Positions 24,260 through 37,289 of a DNA stretch of 64,000 nucleotides are shown in pieces; position 1 is the stretch's first letter; every line of letters starts with the position of its first letter. Below the pieces are notes generated by a model that made no database searches, was not told where the DNA came from, and saw nothing but the letters and a program-made list of their open reading frames with translations. The DNA comes from Lepidodermella squamata. Taxonomy: Eukaryota > Animalia > Gastrotricha. Where the stretch lies: NCBI GenBank assembly GCA_047495785.1, contig JBLDXI010000029.1, positions 1,364,001 through 1,428,000 on the forward strand, read 5' to 3'. The translations under genes were made by a program, and so were the position numbers.

Positions 24260-24541
24260 TTTTTACTGACTCGAAACTTCTAGTGTCAATTTACTATTCA
24301 CGCTCGAGTAACTCCCAAGGGACTGCGATGTAGACTAGATTACAGCTGTCACTGGGTTTCTTATCCCATTTCTAATCAATTTTTCATTTCTTTGTTTACG
24401 CTTATGTGGCTTATCTCTGCGGAAAGAACAGTTTTCATTATTCATGATAAAAGTCCGCAAGCCACCATATTTTATTCGTAAAAACATGCGATACGATTTT
24501 CGTGAAAACAACGGGTTTCAGGGATATGGTATAACTAGATA

Positions 24542-24933
24542 TCAATTCCCGGTCATGATTTCCTTGGCTAGCATTTGAGCCCATACGTAGAAGCTGATCT
24601 CATTCTCGCAGACTTGCCGCGATCCAAGGGTCTGCATGCACTTCTTGAGCCGCTCTGCTTGAACGAGTTCATCGCGCACCAGGCGAATGAGGTCCTTCAG
24701 ATCACCCCTCTTCTCCAAGAGTTTCGTCATGACTACCGCTGAAGGAAAAAAGATATGACAAAAAACCCAATGCATTTGGAACAATTACCTTTGACTAGAG
24801 CCAGTTTCTTCTGCATTATCATAGCCCTTTTGATATCGGGCGATACAGTTGTTGAGCTGACTAGATTGGAAACTAGTAAATTCATTACAGCTAAACTCGC
24901 CATGACGAGCTGATAGGAAGTTGCAATCTTCAT
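24542..24933 (-). CDS. Secreted C-x9-C/FYxWA peptide family, member P2
   Basis: Signal peptide MKIATSYQLVMASLAVMNLLVSNLVSS; phase-1 intron; ERLKKCMQTLGSRQVCENEISFYVWAQMLAKEIM. Confidence 0.88.
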
Positions 24934-27900
24934 CTTTTGATATCTAAACAGAAAAAAAACAGATTGTCGAAGATTCCATAAGCTGAAATGTCTGCTTTGC
25001 TAAATAAGTTGGTCAACGAGATGTCAAAAATGTTGCAAGCGTCTCTCTTAACATGAATGTTTATCTCTAAAAAAAACTGGGCATGACATCCCTTTTCTAT
25101 TTTCAACTTGATCAGTTATGGAAAAACGATAAGAAGAATGTCTGGTTTCGCGTAACTCATAGTTCAAGTGCGAATATCGGCTGTCTACTTTAAATGCGTG
25201 ACTTGATTATGATCCTGATTGCCTAGAAAAATGCATTGTACCGGTTGAAGCCGCTATATAATCGTTACTTTTAGCGTGACGCCTTGAAAGTGCTCGCCTA
25301 CTGAAAAATGAACCAAAGACTTCCAGTATCATATTCTTGGCAACGTATCACGTGGTGTCTCACCCTCGTACGGATTTTCTGAAATATCGCTTCTCTTGGG
25401 ATATCCGTGTTTTTTATTCAAGCATGAATCCGCGGGCTATGAAGAACGTAACCTGGAACGTGAGACATAAAGCGTGGGCCATGATTAATGGGACTACAGA
25501 AATCCAGGTGCATTGGGTATCATGGGCCTGCCGCACGTAAAAATCAAATTTGAAATTACTTAGGAAAAGGAGAACCCATTTGTGGACTGTGGCTAGCAAG
25601 TATTCCCATCAAAAAACGACTGATTTACCACGCTTCGCATTTGAAAATGATAATCCAAACTGGAACACTAAATAAATGTTAAAAAGATTGATTTAGCAGC
25701 TATTTTAGCAGTTTTAACACAGAAAAGGGACGTTCCTCAATGCTAAAAAATCTCCAGTGTATCAGTGAAACATGGACTCATTCTGTTACAGCGGCTTTGC
25801 TGGCAAACTGTCTCGTCTTGAATAGTTCAGAATTCTGGTCGTCTCAAATAAAGTCGTTTTACGATTTCGAGGCTCGCTGGATTCATCCTAGCCTGACATA
25901 GCTGGTCGACTTTCTTTTTACATCGTGAAGACCTTTATAAAAGCGTGGGAAGATCGAATCATATGCTATCTCTGATCTCTGGGCGTTGCATTGCGCGCTC
26001 TTGCTGATTTGTCAAATCAATGTACACTATTTGCGGCTCTATCCATTAAAGTACTGCAATTGATGACTTCTGTTTTAAAGCAATCGTAGAAGTCAGTTTT
26101 GACTGGTTCCCATGGATACCATTATCGATTTTGAGGTTGGCAGGTGATCTCGCCGCAGAATGAACCCAGATCTATAGGGACAGTCAAGCCGCTATAACTC
26201 AGGGCATTGATATCAATTTCATAGCTGCTGGATAAATAATATGCCAACATTAATTCGTTGAATGGAACGCGCAAATGCCTTTATTACTGTTGTGTAAATA
26301 AAACGTGCGCGTAAAAGTTTGTCGCGCTCGCATTGTTTTCACTATCACCCGAGCACAGTCCTACGTTTTTACGAGTGTATGCCTACATACATTTCAGAGA
26401 GCTATACCACACAGAATATCGTAGGGCTTTTCTGCGGATTCCATACTACGCTGTCGGGTTTTTTCTGTTTTGTTATCTACCAGCCTGCCCTCTCGGTATT
26501 ATAACAACGACACATACGCATAGTCATAGCCACATATGGCCGCACGTTAATTATATACAGTTTTACGGTGTAATATACGACTAAAGTCTGCATTTTTACG
26601 TCTGCTTTATGTATCCTATAGCACAGAGCATGTGCATACGTATAAAAGGCAAAAAGAGTCACGCTGCAATGTGCTATAAGCATTAAAGCCTTTATACCAC
26701 ACACATCATGATAGTATTTGCAGACTCACTACTGCTATTACTACTCACTACGTGTGCCTCTGCATTTGTCGAGGCAGAGAGGCCGGTTTTACGGTAAAAG
26801 TGCGAAGTGCACGGCCGCTCGGCCTAGTTTGCAGTCCGCGCTGTCTGTATGCTTTTCACGCCGAAACTCTTTTTTTTCAAAAATTTCAGCCTGTTTTCTC
26901 ACTGACCGGCAAGCTACTGGTCGTAATGTATGCGGCGGGATAATTTTTCAATCATATTGAAGTCATTTAAATTTTTAAATTTTCCTACCACCTTTTGATT
27001 CTCGAATGAAGGCCATTCTTAGATGAGATCCGCACAACCTCTTACTTATTCGCATTACAGCTGACTGATGAGTATAGAAAAGGACAAACGATTACTACCA
27101 ATTACATTGTATACATTGTATACATTGTCACCAACTGCGATGCATAATGTTCATGGTAATAGCTGATCCCACCGAATTTTTTCAAGGTTATTCTTAGCAC
27201 GTCCCATTTACCTATCCCGTGTCAAAGACAAAGGGTGTCATAAGCACACAAGCTAAAAATCAAGCAATAAACGACGATGCTAGTTCATGCATTTTTCGAA
27301 TTTTCGAATAATAATTGCCAAATTATTCATGCTGGTGCCTAATTAATTTTCTTCTTGCTCTGCAATTTATCGTTTAATTAGAAAAATATTCAACAGAAAA
27401 CATTCCCTGCCCTTATCTAAACAATATTCTAGTTGAAATTAATTATTTCTGAGAATTAATGAATAATAATGTTACTGGAAAAGGCCTTAAGAGCCTGCTA
27501 TTTAATTCGGAAAAATGAAAATATATCTAGCTCTCATGACGAATTTAGAAGGAGTCATCAAGTCTTGACGATTTTTGGAATATTCAGGATGGATCCCACT
27601 TATTACTCGATTACTTTCGCTCTCTGTTGCGGATGTCTATTTCATCTGCTTGCGGAAAAGTGATGGTCGATTATGAATTTCCTTATTTTTTAACGAAATT
27701 AACAAAATCAAATACAATTTCACGATTGAAAAGTCACTTTTTCGCGAGCAGATTAAATAGACCTTTCTTAACATAGATTTCCACTCTTCAACCAATGTTG
27801 AGGCGCCTGGAAGTAGCAATAGCTACTATAACATTAATTTATCATTCATTTGTGTTCCATTCAACAATTTCTATATAGGATGAGCTGACATTGTTTTATT

Positions 27901-27943
27901 ACTCCTCGTGGAACTGACTGCTGTATCCATCAAGTAACAAGGA

Positions 27944-29114
27944 ATGGCCAATTCTTATAGGACACTGTACAACGACATTCAGCTTTTCCGAGACAACAGT
28001 ACACGATTTCTATTACTTTCTATCATTCGTTCTTACCATTCGTTTTTAGCTCAGAAAATCGCCCTGACCTTAGCCAATACAACGTCAGACCTTGGCTCGA
28101 GACAAGACCTCTCCACCGACCAATATACTGACATGTAAGTGCTTGAAAGAGCCAGTTTGCCGTCATTTGACTTTTCTTATCTAGCTACGAATTAACCTCT
28201 ACCACAAATGACCTTGCTCAATTGATAGTAGACAGTCTAACGGAGTTGTCAGCCTTCGAAGAAGAAGAGAACCTAACGTTCGCTATTCGCATGGCGCACA
28301 AGATGTACGGCAACCAGAAGCACCTTGAGAGCCTGTTTAAACCTGCCTTCGAACACTTTCAAAAACTTCACCGGCAAGTTGTCGAAAGACAACGAGTAGC
28401 TATAGTCAGTATGCGGCAATCCATTGCAGTAAGTACCCAATTTTTCTCAATATTTTGAAATTCGATACATGATTTGATGATCATGCCTTAAATTGAAGTT
28501 TTGTCTGTCTTTTAGCTAAGTGGTTTCGCTGAACAAGACGGCCAGGACCAGGACACCTATACCATCAACATAACCCCCGAAGTCGTTAGGTAGGACAAGT
28601 TTCAATGTCCCGGATTTCAGATCATATCCTTCTTGACTTAGCGATGTATTTCGGCCTTCAAGTGAAATGAGCGCGGATGCAAGTACCCCGATGTTGGGCG
28701 AGCAAACGCAGGCCCTTAAATCAGCATCGAACAGCCAATTCATGCTAAGCCTAATGCGAGAGAAGCAGCAACACCTCGAACGATTAGAAAGCCAAGCGAT
28801 GGCTATTTTCAGCATTCAGGCCAAACTTGGAACAATCGTACACGAAGCTGGTGAAAAAATCGGTTTGCTTACTACGCCGTTCTTCTTCAATCATTCTAAA
28901 AATTCTCCCCGTCATTTCAGATACAATAGAGGAAAACATTGCTGAGACTGAAGGGCTGACGGAGAATGCGAATAAAGAGCTGATCCAGGCGAAGGTGAAA
29001 AAGAACCAAGCTGTGAGGAAGCGGGTGATATGCTACCTGGTTATCTTTATCATAATTCTTGTCGTAATGGGCACTATCGCGCTCATCGTCTACGACAAGT
29101 TCTTCAAAGATTGA
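27944..29114 (+). CDS. Syntaxin-like t-SNARE (syntaxin-7/12-type), divergent, multi-exon
   Basis: Habc-like helices, SNARE motif LERLESQAMAIFSIQAKLGTIVHEAGEKI|DTIEENIAETEGLTENANKELIQA, then a basic stretch and C-terminal TM; 5' end less certain. Confidence 0.8.
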
Positions 29115-29377
29115 TTCTGGCTATGTAATTTTATTCTTCCTCTCCCTTTTTGTATTGAGAAGCTCGTCGAAAACGCGAATAAATCAAAACGGAAACGTAG
29201 ATAATAGAAAAATCGCAATTATCGGCTCAAAATAGAATACGGCGAACGCAAATTCGTTTGATTTGTTCTATACACGACGACAGAAGATTAACTTGCCCGT
29301 GGCCTAATCCGGGATCAAATTTCCTATTCGGGGGGTGACGAACGATGGCCAGTTGACGCATATAGCCTCCCTCTACA

Positions 29378-29774
29378 ATGGATTTTCGAGTGATTACTAG
29401 TTGGACATTCATTGTCCTCTTGTCTAATTTTTCGATGCTAGCGCATTCCATACTACCTGTTGGTCCAAGTGAGCGAAAAGCTGTCTTATAGGCCTTTCTA
29501 ATGTTGCCGTGTATTTAGAGCAAATTCGAGATGCCATGATGCGGAATGACCCAGAACAGATGCGAAATTTAGCGAGGCAGCTTCACAAGGCAGAATACGA
29601 CCGACGATTCAATGCTTGTCTGAATGTCTTCAGATCTCACGTGATATGTTCACAACAGGCTGCTTTCTTCGTATGGTGAGTCTTTGAGTTGGCGTTGATC
29701 TTGTTCACCAGTTTACCTATTTCAGGGCCCGCCTATTAGCTCGAAAAGTCATGGAAACACGCGACGATAACTGA
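29378..29774 (+). CDS. Secreted C-x9-C/FYxWA peptide family, member P3 (3 exons, not in ORF track)
   Basis: MDFRVITSWTFIVLLSNFSMLAHS signal; phase-1 intron; EYDRRFNACLNVFRSHVICSQQAAFFVW|ARLLARKVM, with a second intron splitting the Trp codon. Confidence 0.85.
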
Positions 29775-30616
29775 CTACACGCATCGAAATTTGAACAGTA
29801 TTGGCATGGAGATGTAATGTTTGCAATAAAGAAAATCACGACAAATACATACATATTGGTCACGGATGGATGAATTCGTGCGCTTGAAGTCATGGTTCTT
29901 CGTCATCGTTGACGTATGTCACCACGATCAGCGCTTATTTTGTTCGATCCATGAAAACAGACCACTGACAAACATGCTTATAACTGGGTGCCTAATTCAA
30001 TCCAGACAAATCTATTGCCAAATAGAAAGTGTGTACAATTAATTGAAAATCGAAAGCTTACAAAATAGAAAAGCTATTGATTTCACTTCGCAGTAAGCCA
30101 TTGCTATTGAAGAGAAATTAGGAAGGATAATTTGTGAGCAGCTCGGTTATTTGGGACAATGCTACTCAATAATCATCACGATTGCCTCGGCGAAAGGAAA
30201 CATGAACATATTGAATTTCGATGAGTCGTTTTTGTAAATTATATCTGACGCTTGAAGCCTATTTTATCTCAAAATGAATCAAACATGGACATATCACAGC
30301 ACGGTGAGAGGTCAATGGAGGTTTCAGACCTCACAACCGAAAAAGGCGGAGTGAAGAGGCAAAAGGTTAGTCCAGCAATAAAATAATTCATCTTATTGAA
30401 GCTTCCAGCTTCTCACAGTAGATTTGTTTCTATACCAAGTCGATTTTTTTCGCAGATTCACCCTACTTGAACCAAAGCGAGAAATTGAAAAATTCTCCCG
30501 TTTCAAAAGAAAAAACCGCCAAAGAAAAAACACAATTCATTGCTTTAGTTTTAATAAAACACCAGTATGATTTACAAAAAATGAACGGAAACTACTAGGA
30601 GTCAAAACAAGTTATG

Positions 30617-31081
30617 TTATGAATGGCTCGGTAGTTTCGAGAACGAAGGTTTCGACATGATACCAGTCGCTATGTATTGCGCCCTAGCAAAAAAAAACCC
30701 AGAGTTGATGGGGGAAAAATAAACAAGACCTTAAATATGGGATATATTTATATGTTTGAAAACGCTCACCATACGAAGAAAGCTGCTTGACGGGTACAAA
30801 TCGGTAGCGAATTGAAAAGGCCCAGACAATGCTTCATCCTATCCTCATATTCCTTTCGGTGAAGCTGTATCGCAAACTTCCGCATATCGCTAACGTTGGT
30901 TGTCAACATTGCCTCCATAATTGCTCCTGTTAGACGGTAAAATTCAGTATAAGAATTTATTCCACCGCAAGTAAGTTATACTTGGCAAGTTGGGGTGATG
31001 TTCAGACGAATGAGCACCATCAATGAGCAGAAGGAATTTGAAAATAGTAGTTAGACATAGTGAGTTGAAAACTATCGACAT
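30617..31081 (-). CDS. Secreted C-x9-C/FYxWA peptide family, member P4 (3 exons, not in ORF track)
   Basis: MSIVFNSLCLTTIFKFLLLIDGAHS signal; phase-1 intron; EYEDRMKHCLGLFNSLPICTRQAAFFVW|AQYIATGIM. Confidence 0.85.
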
Positions 31082-31335
31082 AGCTGTGGTAGCTCCAGGT
31101 CTTTCCAAAAGTTCGCGGGAATAAATGCGGTATAAATGCGAAGATTTAGATTTCTAGAGCTTTACTCAAGTCTGATGAAAAAATATTCAGATTTATCCAC
31201 TCAAAAGAAGTTCAATTTGTCACTATCACGGGCTAAGCTTGTTACTGAGGTCAACCTTGTAATTCCTACTCAATTAATTGTTTGACGATGCACTCCATGA
31301 ATGCTAGCCTATTAGGAGTGACGAAGATCAATGGT

Positions 31336-31410
31336 GACAAGACTGTGCGTATTCAATTATTCTGAACACATACAATCATTAGCGGCTAATTGAATACACA
31401 CAGACCTGTC
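31336..31410. repeat. Short imperfect hairpin (~75 nt)
   Basis: GACAAGACTGTGCGTATTCAATTA pairs with TAATTGAATACACACAGACCTGTC (24-bp arms, 3 mismatches). Confidence 0.6.
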
Positions 31411-33170
31411 CAACCAGTTACCGATGCGACAACGAGTTCTGATTACCGTCCGGTCGAGTGCATCTATATCAGGTTGATTGCGACCGCTTAATCATCGGTC
31501 ATGCAAAGCTAGAGCATTAACAATAGTAATTATGAAAGTTGAGAAACGAGAAATATTACGTGGCTTAAATTGAACCAATACCTTCAAATGGTGGGTACAT
31601 TGCGATCCATATGCTTTGAGCGGTCATGTTATTGGTTTATGCCACATCCTGTACCGGAGCTATTTTTACGAGGCGTAGTTGACTGAGTAGGTGGGTGTGG
31701 ATGCGGACACCTGCTAAGCTTGAAAATCGAAACTTTTTTTTTTAATTTACGGTCTTGGGAGCAATACTACAGGGAATCGTCAGAAGCCATTATTTGGCTG
31801 GACAGGGAAAAATCAATAATAGCAACGGCACCATTTCTACGGATCCGCTTGTTATAAAGCAAAAACTGGGTTAAGTTTCACGGGGGCGTCTTTTTGGTGA
31901 CAGGTTAGTTAACGCCTTCAGCGTTGCGGATATTAATAGTTAATAGACCTTCGCAATGCCGGGAAACACCTTATTTTACCCTCCTTCCCCGAACCCCCAC
32001 CTTCATGTCTGTGTGGCTGAAAAACATTCGTGGGCCGTGTACATTGTTTCTGCACGCATGTCGCCCACTAGCGCGCTTTCCGGCGTTTGGCACTGCCGTC
32101 TGCCTGTAGAGTTCCTAAGCTGGTAAGATCGAATTCCCCACTGATCGGCTCTTCTTTGATAAACAGTAAACAGAGAACAAACTGAACAAATATTCGATGT
32201 GATTCATAACTTGATAGTGGCGCCCAGTATCCACTGACAAATCGCTGACAAAATTGCAACTAGGAGATCTATTCTAAGTTCCAAGAAGACTGTTCATTAT
32301 GCTTTGTCCTGGCTTCATTCTGACGCCACTATAATCGATGATAAAATGTCGATGTTTGCAGTTCATTTCCGTAGAGGCCCACCGACACTGTTAATATTAA
32401 AGCTGTTTTCAATTTACAGGAGTAGCGGGGTGGAGTTTTGAAAACTGGTATCCGGTATGCGTAAATTAAAAAAGACCAGAATAGCCAAGTGGCTTCGCTA
32501 AAATCAGACCTGCAGCTGTAATGTTTCGGGCGGGCTTCAGAACAACCCCAATTGAAAATCAGGATTGATTGACAAAAGCTCAAGATGTCTGTTGACTCTT
32601 TGAACACACGAAAAATCTCAAAAATATAATTACCATAATTTCAGCAAGTCGAAATTATGAACTTTACAGAATATTGTTTCCTCGGCGCTACTAAGAGCTC
32701 AGCTCAGTTCAGAGTTGCGTTTTTGAATTTCAAACTCAGGTCGTAGGCGGCAAGGGAAAATTACGTTAGATTCCGAAAGACATCACCGAATTATGCGGTT
32801 GGTATGAATGTGACAAGCATGCATTTTCATTTACAGTGATATTATGAGTAGGGGGTTCTGACTTCGGGCTGTTACCAAGGTCGAACTTTTGGAATTTTCC
32901 AAATTTTTTTAATTTGCTAGAGCATAGTCTTGCGTGCTTTGATCTCTGGCCAGCATGCCACTTTGGTCTGATTATAGCCACAATTATTACTCATAGTAAG
33001 ATTTAAGAAAATCGCCCTTTGAAAATTGACCTCGTAAGGCATAAGATATTTTGGCCTGAATAAAATGAATCAAAATATAGTTTTATTTCTCCAATCATGC
33101 GATTTTTTTCAAAAATTGAACTCTAATGCATGAAACAGATCGCAGATCTTGATGTCAATGATAATCAATT

Positions 33171-33549
33171 CTAATTTTGCTGCACACCGCCTTGCATTAT
33201 TTCCTTTGCTAACATTTGCGCCCAAATGTAGAAGCCAATGTTGCCCTGGCAGATGGCTTTCGATCCGAGCGCTTGGATACACTTCTCCATTCGCTTGTGG
33301 TAGATAAGCTGCTCCCGCACGTCTCTCACCATGTCGTCAAAATCCTTGTAATCGCCCTTAATCAAAGCTTGGCGGAGGAAATCTTCTAAAGCCACTATTA
33401 AGATAGCTGCAGTATTGAATAAGGGAAGACCTACCTCTAGCCATGTCCTTTTGCTCTTGAGTCGCTAATATTGGGCTGCAAGTTATGTATCGGCATGTTA
33501 ACAAGGTGAGCAAGCCAAGAATTACTAGAGTTTCTCGAGTCGAGATCAT
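33171..33549 (-). CDS. Secreted C-x9-C/FYxWA peptide family, member P5
   Basis: Signal peptide MISTRETLVILGLLTLLTCRYITCS; phase-1 intron; KRMEKCIQALGSKAICQGNIGFYIWAQMLAKEIM. Confidence 0.88.
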
Positions 33550-34282
33550 TTATTCCTAAACAAAACAGTGAATGAATTTAGATTTGTCAAAAATGTGTAT
33601 TACGAGCTGTATGCGATATCATTAGTCAAATATGCTCCAGGCAAGTTTGATTCAATGGCCATCGTGTCGTTTTCGTAATCAATGGCTGCAGGATAAATGA
33701 CGATGATTCAACTATCGGATGTAACTTTTCGCATGTCGTGATCCACAATAACCACGCATTCACCTTTTCGTTAGCCAAATTTGAGGTTTTTCTGTCTATC
33801 AAGAATATCCTGTTGCTTCCTCACCTCGCCACTCAGTCACGTATCGAATATTTCGTGGTTGAATTTCTGAAAACGTAACGTCCTCTTCCGGAAATTCTGG
33901 CTGTCTGACGCGGCCCAACGAAGACGTATTCACTGAGGCGGGATGAGTCACTTCTATTTGTCTGTATAGATCGATCATTTTCGGCGCGCATAAAGTGTGC
34001 GATATTTTAGTAATAAAGCGCGCACCTATAATCCCAATCTTAGGATCAAGCGCGCGCTTTAGGATTAAACTTTTCTCGATAATAATTCAATTTAGGCCAT
34101 ATTATTTTCGTCGCCCCGATGCCGCCTGAGATTCATTGCCGCGCGCCGAGATTGATACGGCGCGAATCTGGAACGGTCAGTCATCACCAGACAGTAAAGT
34201 GACGCAAATCTGCATCTCGACCCACCGCGATGACTGATACCACGCGATCGTAGGTGCCGAGATGAAGCACCGCCATTTAGAA

Positions 34283-34290
34283 TATAAATA
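34283..34290 (+). promoter_or_regulatory. TATA box upstream of P6
   Basis: TATAAATA ~90 nt upstream of ATG 34377. Confidence 0.45.
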
Positions 34291-34376
34291 ACGAGGCACC
34301 GTAGCGTTTGATTATTCCAATTTTCTTGCTCTTCTCAATTTTTCACGCCTACTTCTTCTTCGCGATTTTATTCAAT

Positions 34377-34833
34377 ATGAAATTCAACGCTTCCTCAGCT
34401 CTGTGTTACGTGATTGTTGGATCGCTTCTGATTTCATGCATTTTCGCCCTTCCTATGCGGCGGTCGGAAGCTGGCAAGGACGACAATGATCGACGCCTTC
34501 GTAAGTTGCCCGACATTCTTGAGTGCGTTGACCTACTTGTGCATTTTTAGGCCTTCAAATTCTTGATATGATACGCAAGAACGATTTCGCTGGAATCGAG
34601 TCGCTTGCGAAGAAAGTTCGCGACGATAGACAAAAAGCGAAAATGGATAAATGCATGAGCATGTTCCAGTCCTACGCCATCTGCACGCAGGTGAGTCATT
34701 ACTCTGATTAATCTATGTTCGGTTCTACGAAAATAAATTTATTTAGACGACCTCGTTCTACCTGTGGGCGCAAATGCTCGCCCGTGACATCATGAACAAC
34801 GAGAAAAACGCCCCAGCAGCACCTGCGCAGTAG
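34377..34833 (+). CDS. Secreted C-x9-C/FYxWA peptide family, member P6 (3 exons)
   Basis: MKFNASSALCYVIVGSLLISCIFA signal; phase-1 intron; KAKMDKCMSMFQSYAICTQ|TTSFYLWAQMLARDIM, with an extra phase-0 intron. Confidence 0.87.
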
Positions 34834-35007
34834 ATGTTTACACGGAAAAAGCGCTTAAATGTTCAGTTTTAGCTATGATCCTATACATTATTAATGTTCA
34901 AAACTCAATGTCAGAAAATTAGGCGGCAATAAATTTAAAGTTTCACCTTCATCGTCACACTCTAATTGTTTATTCGAAACGCATCAACTAAAAATAACCG
35001 AAACACT

Positions 35008-35503
35008 TTAGTCCTTGGCTGCGTTGAGTGGCGAGTTGTCGTTCATAATATCTTTCGCAACCATTTGCGCCCAAAGATAGAAAGAAGACTGTCCGCGGCA
35101 GATTGAGATCGATTGAAACATCTTCATGCACTTTTCCAGTTTAGCTTTCTCTTGATCCTGCCGAATTTTCCGGGCCAGTTGTTCAACCGCAGCAAAATCC
35201 CGTCGCTTGATCATCTCAGCAATTTTCGCCTCTGTCAGTGGGAATTATTTAAATTTGATTAATTAGGCTAGACGCTAACTCACTTAGCTCAGAGGCTCGA
35301 GGGAGCTTGATAGGTTCCGGTTGCTTGACAATGACCGGCTGAGGTTCCATGTCAGTGACAAACTGTTGAGTACGATCGTCATCGGTCAAAAACGCCGTGT
35401 TCAAGTCGTCGTCCGAGATGCGGGCGATAACAATTGGCGTGGCGTAAATTCGCTCACAGATCAATAGAGCGAAAGAAACGGCGATGAGAAACAACGCCTG
35501 CAT
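35008..35503 (-). CDS. Secreted C-x9-C/FYxWA peptide family, member P7
   Basis: MQALFLIAVSFALLICERIYA signal; phase-1 intron; KAKLEKCMKMFQSISICRGQSSFYLWAQMVAKDIM. Confidence 0.88.
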
Positions 35504-36878
35504 TGCTTCTTGCCTTTTTCAGTAATTAAAGTTGAATAAATTAAAAATTTACTATAAATTAAGAAAATTCAACCAGCTTTTATATTGCCGATACTAAGGC
35601 GTGGGGAAAAAGTAACGTAAACCATGATAGTATTTACACTTAAGTCGATGTTGCAAATGAATCCCTACACTGTAATTGTCGCCTTATAAAACTATCGCCA
35701 TGAGTCAGTTTTCAGTTCCGACCAGCAAAATGCAGCGTGAAGGAGTAAAGAAGACCCCCGCCATGCAATATCCTCATGTATTAGGACTAGTATCCGGATT
35801 AATACAATAAGGTTCGGTTCATACGCGTGGCCGGATTCGTGTCAAATGAGCCTCTTCATGATTTTGGATAGCATTATGCTACATAATTTTCACGCTTTGC
35901 TCCCGTGAGTGACCTTAGAATTAGTCTACTCAGCGCCTGTCTCATTATAGTCCTGCGTTGGCTTGTACTAATAGGTATAGTCGATTTGATCCAATAACGA
36001 CCCGACTACTCCTGTTAACGTAGGAGGATTACCATTGGATAATCACGATGCTGAGACAGTTATTAGAGCATGATATTTGAATTTAACTAATGCCCCGACC
36101 ACCGACAAGTATCAGTTCGAAGAGGCGATTGCCTATTGACGTCATAGAGACTTATGCGGGAATTGAGATATTGGGACAGCGGGACAAGTGTACCCTGTAT
36201 ATCTTTTCGGCTATTGGTTGAGGCTTGCAGTACCAATATTTTAATAGAAGTTGTAGCTGAAAACTGCCAGGAAGATCCGTTCCAAAGTTTATGAATTTAT
36301 TAATTCCAGCAACTTTATTGTCCTCTGTGAATTTAGAATTTTGATACAGCTATCAAGCTCGGGAGAATAAGGATTATTGAATAAAGTTGAAAAAATGGGT
36401 AAATCAAAGATCGAAGTAGGACAGCAGACTCGATAGGATAAGGAAAATCGACATACGGGTCTTTGACTTCGTTCAACTTGCAGACCGATAGAGAGGTTCC
36501 CTACGACTCCCAGCGGTCCTCCGCTGTCCGCTTTGTGGATAAATGAATCATCTTTTTTCCAATTCCTCTACTTGTTATGGATACAGTACGCAGGTCAGAA
36601 ATAGGGATAATGTTCAAAGTGCATTTGGATCCAACAGCCTCAAGTCATTTCGAGTCGTTAGTAACCCCTTTACACTATACAGCATCAATACTTCATTTCA
36701 ATTTTTCGAAAGTCAAAGCCCTGAAATAGCGAATAAACCTTTTTTATTTGCAATAATAAACAAATGTTTACATAACATGACAAGTGCGATTTTGTAACTC
36801 GGACACAGTGCAGCGAGAATTGCAAATCATCAAGACCATGCTGCGTTGAAGTTGCTAGTAATGAGCGGTCGCCTGCGA

Positions 36879-37289
36879 TCATTGCTCCGCAGCAGGGGCA
36901 CCATTACCGCCGTCCATTATCTGCTTTGCGGCCATGCGCGCCCACACGTAGAAACCTGTCGAATCGGTGCAGATCGGCAGCGACTTGAAAACAGCCATGC
37001 ACTTGGCTAGCCGCTCTCGTTGTTGCCGCTCCGCCATTTTGCCCATCAATTTTTCCAGTACGCTCTCGTAGTCTTTCCGCTGCAACAACTGGAGGATATT
37101 TGTCGCTGATTTCTCGTTAGGAGAGCCGTTGTTAACCGCAGCGATATCAGCTAATAGCTGAGCATCATCTGAACTTCTTCGGCCCCTAGCAGGTAGCGCT
37201 GTAGTGACATCAAGAACGAAAAGAGCTACAGCCAGAGTTGCGAAAAACGCCAGCTTAATACTAGATTTCGCGATAAGAATATTCGCCAT
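36879..37289 (-). CDS. Secreted C-x9-C/FYxWA peptide family, member P8 (no intron in CDS)
   Basis: 136-aa ORF: signal peptide, RGRR site, ERLAKCMAVFKSLPICTDSTGFYVWARMAAKQIM. Confidence 0.92.
   Translation of the reverse strand: MANILIAKSSIKLAFFATLAVALFVLDVTTALPARGRRSSDDAQLLADIAAVNNGSPNEKSATNILQLLQRKDYESVLEKLMGKMAERQQRERLAKCMAVFKSLPICTDSTGFYVWARMAAKQIMDGGNGAPAAEQ

Noticed and set aside
27065-27095. CTGATGAG hammerhead-like start (also at ~40973)
   Set aside because: No stem II followed by GAAA and a UH cleavage site.
25000-27500. Further peptide genes or a coding region in this gap
   Set aside because: No signal-peptide exon or C..C..FYxWA core found by eye; the ORFs are short and overlapping with no recognisable motifs. 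May be a decayed repeat.
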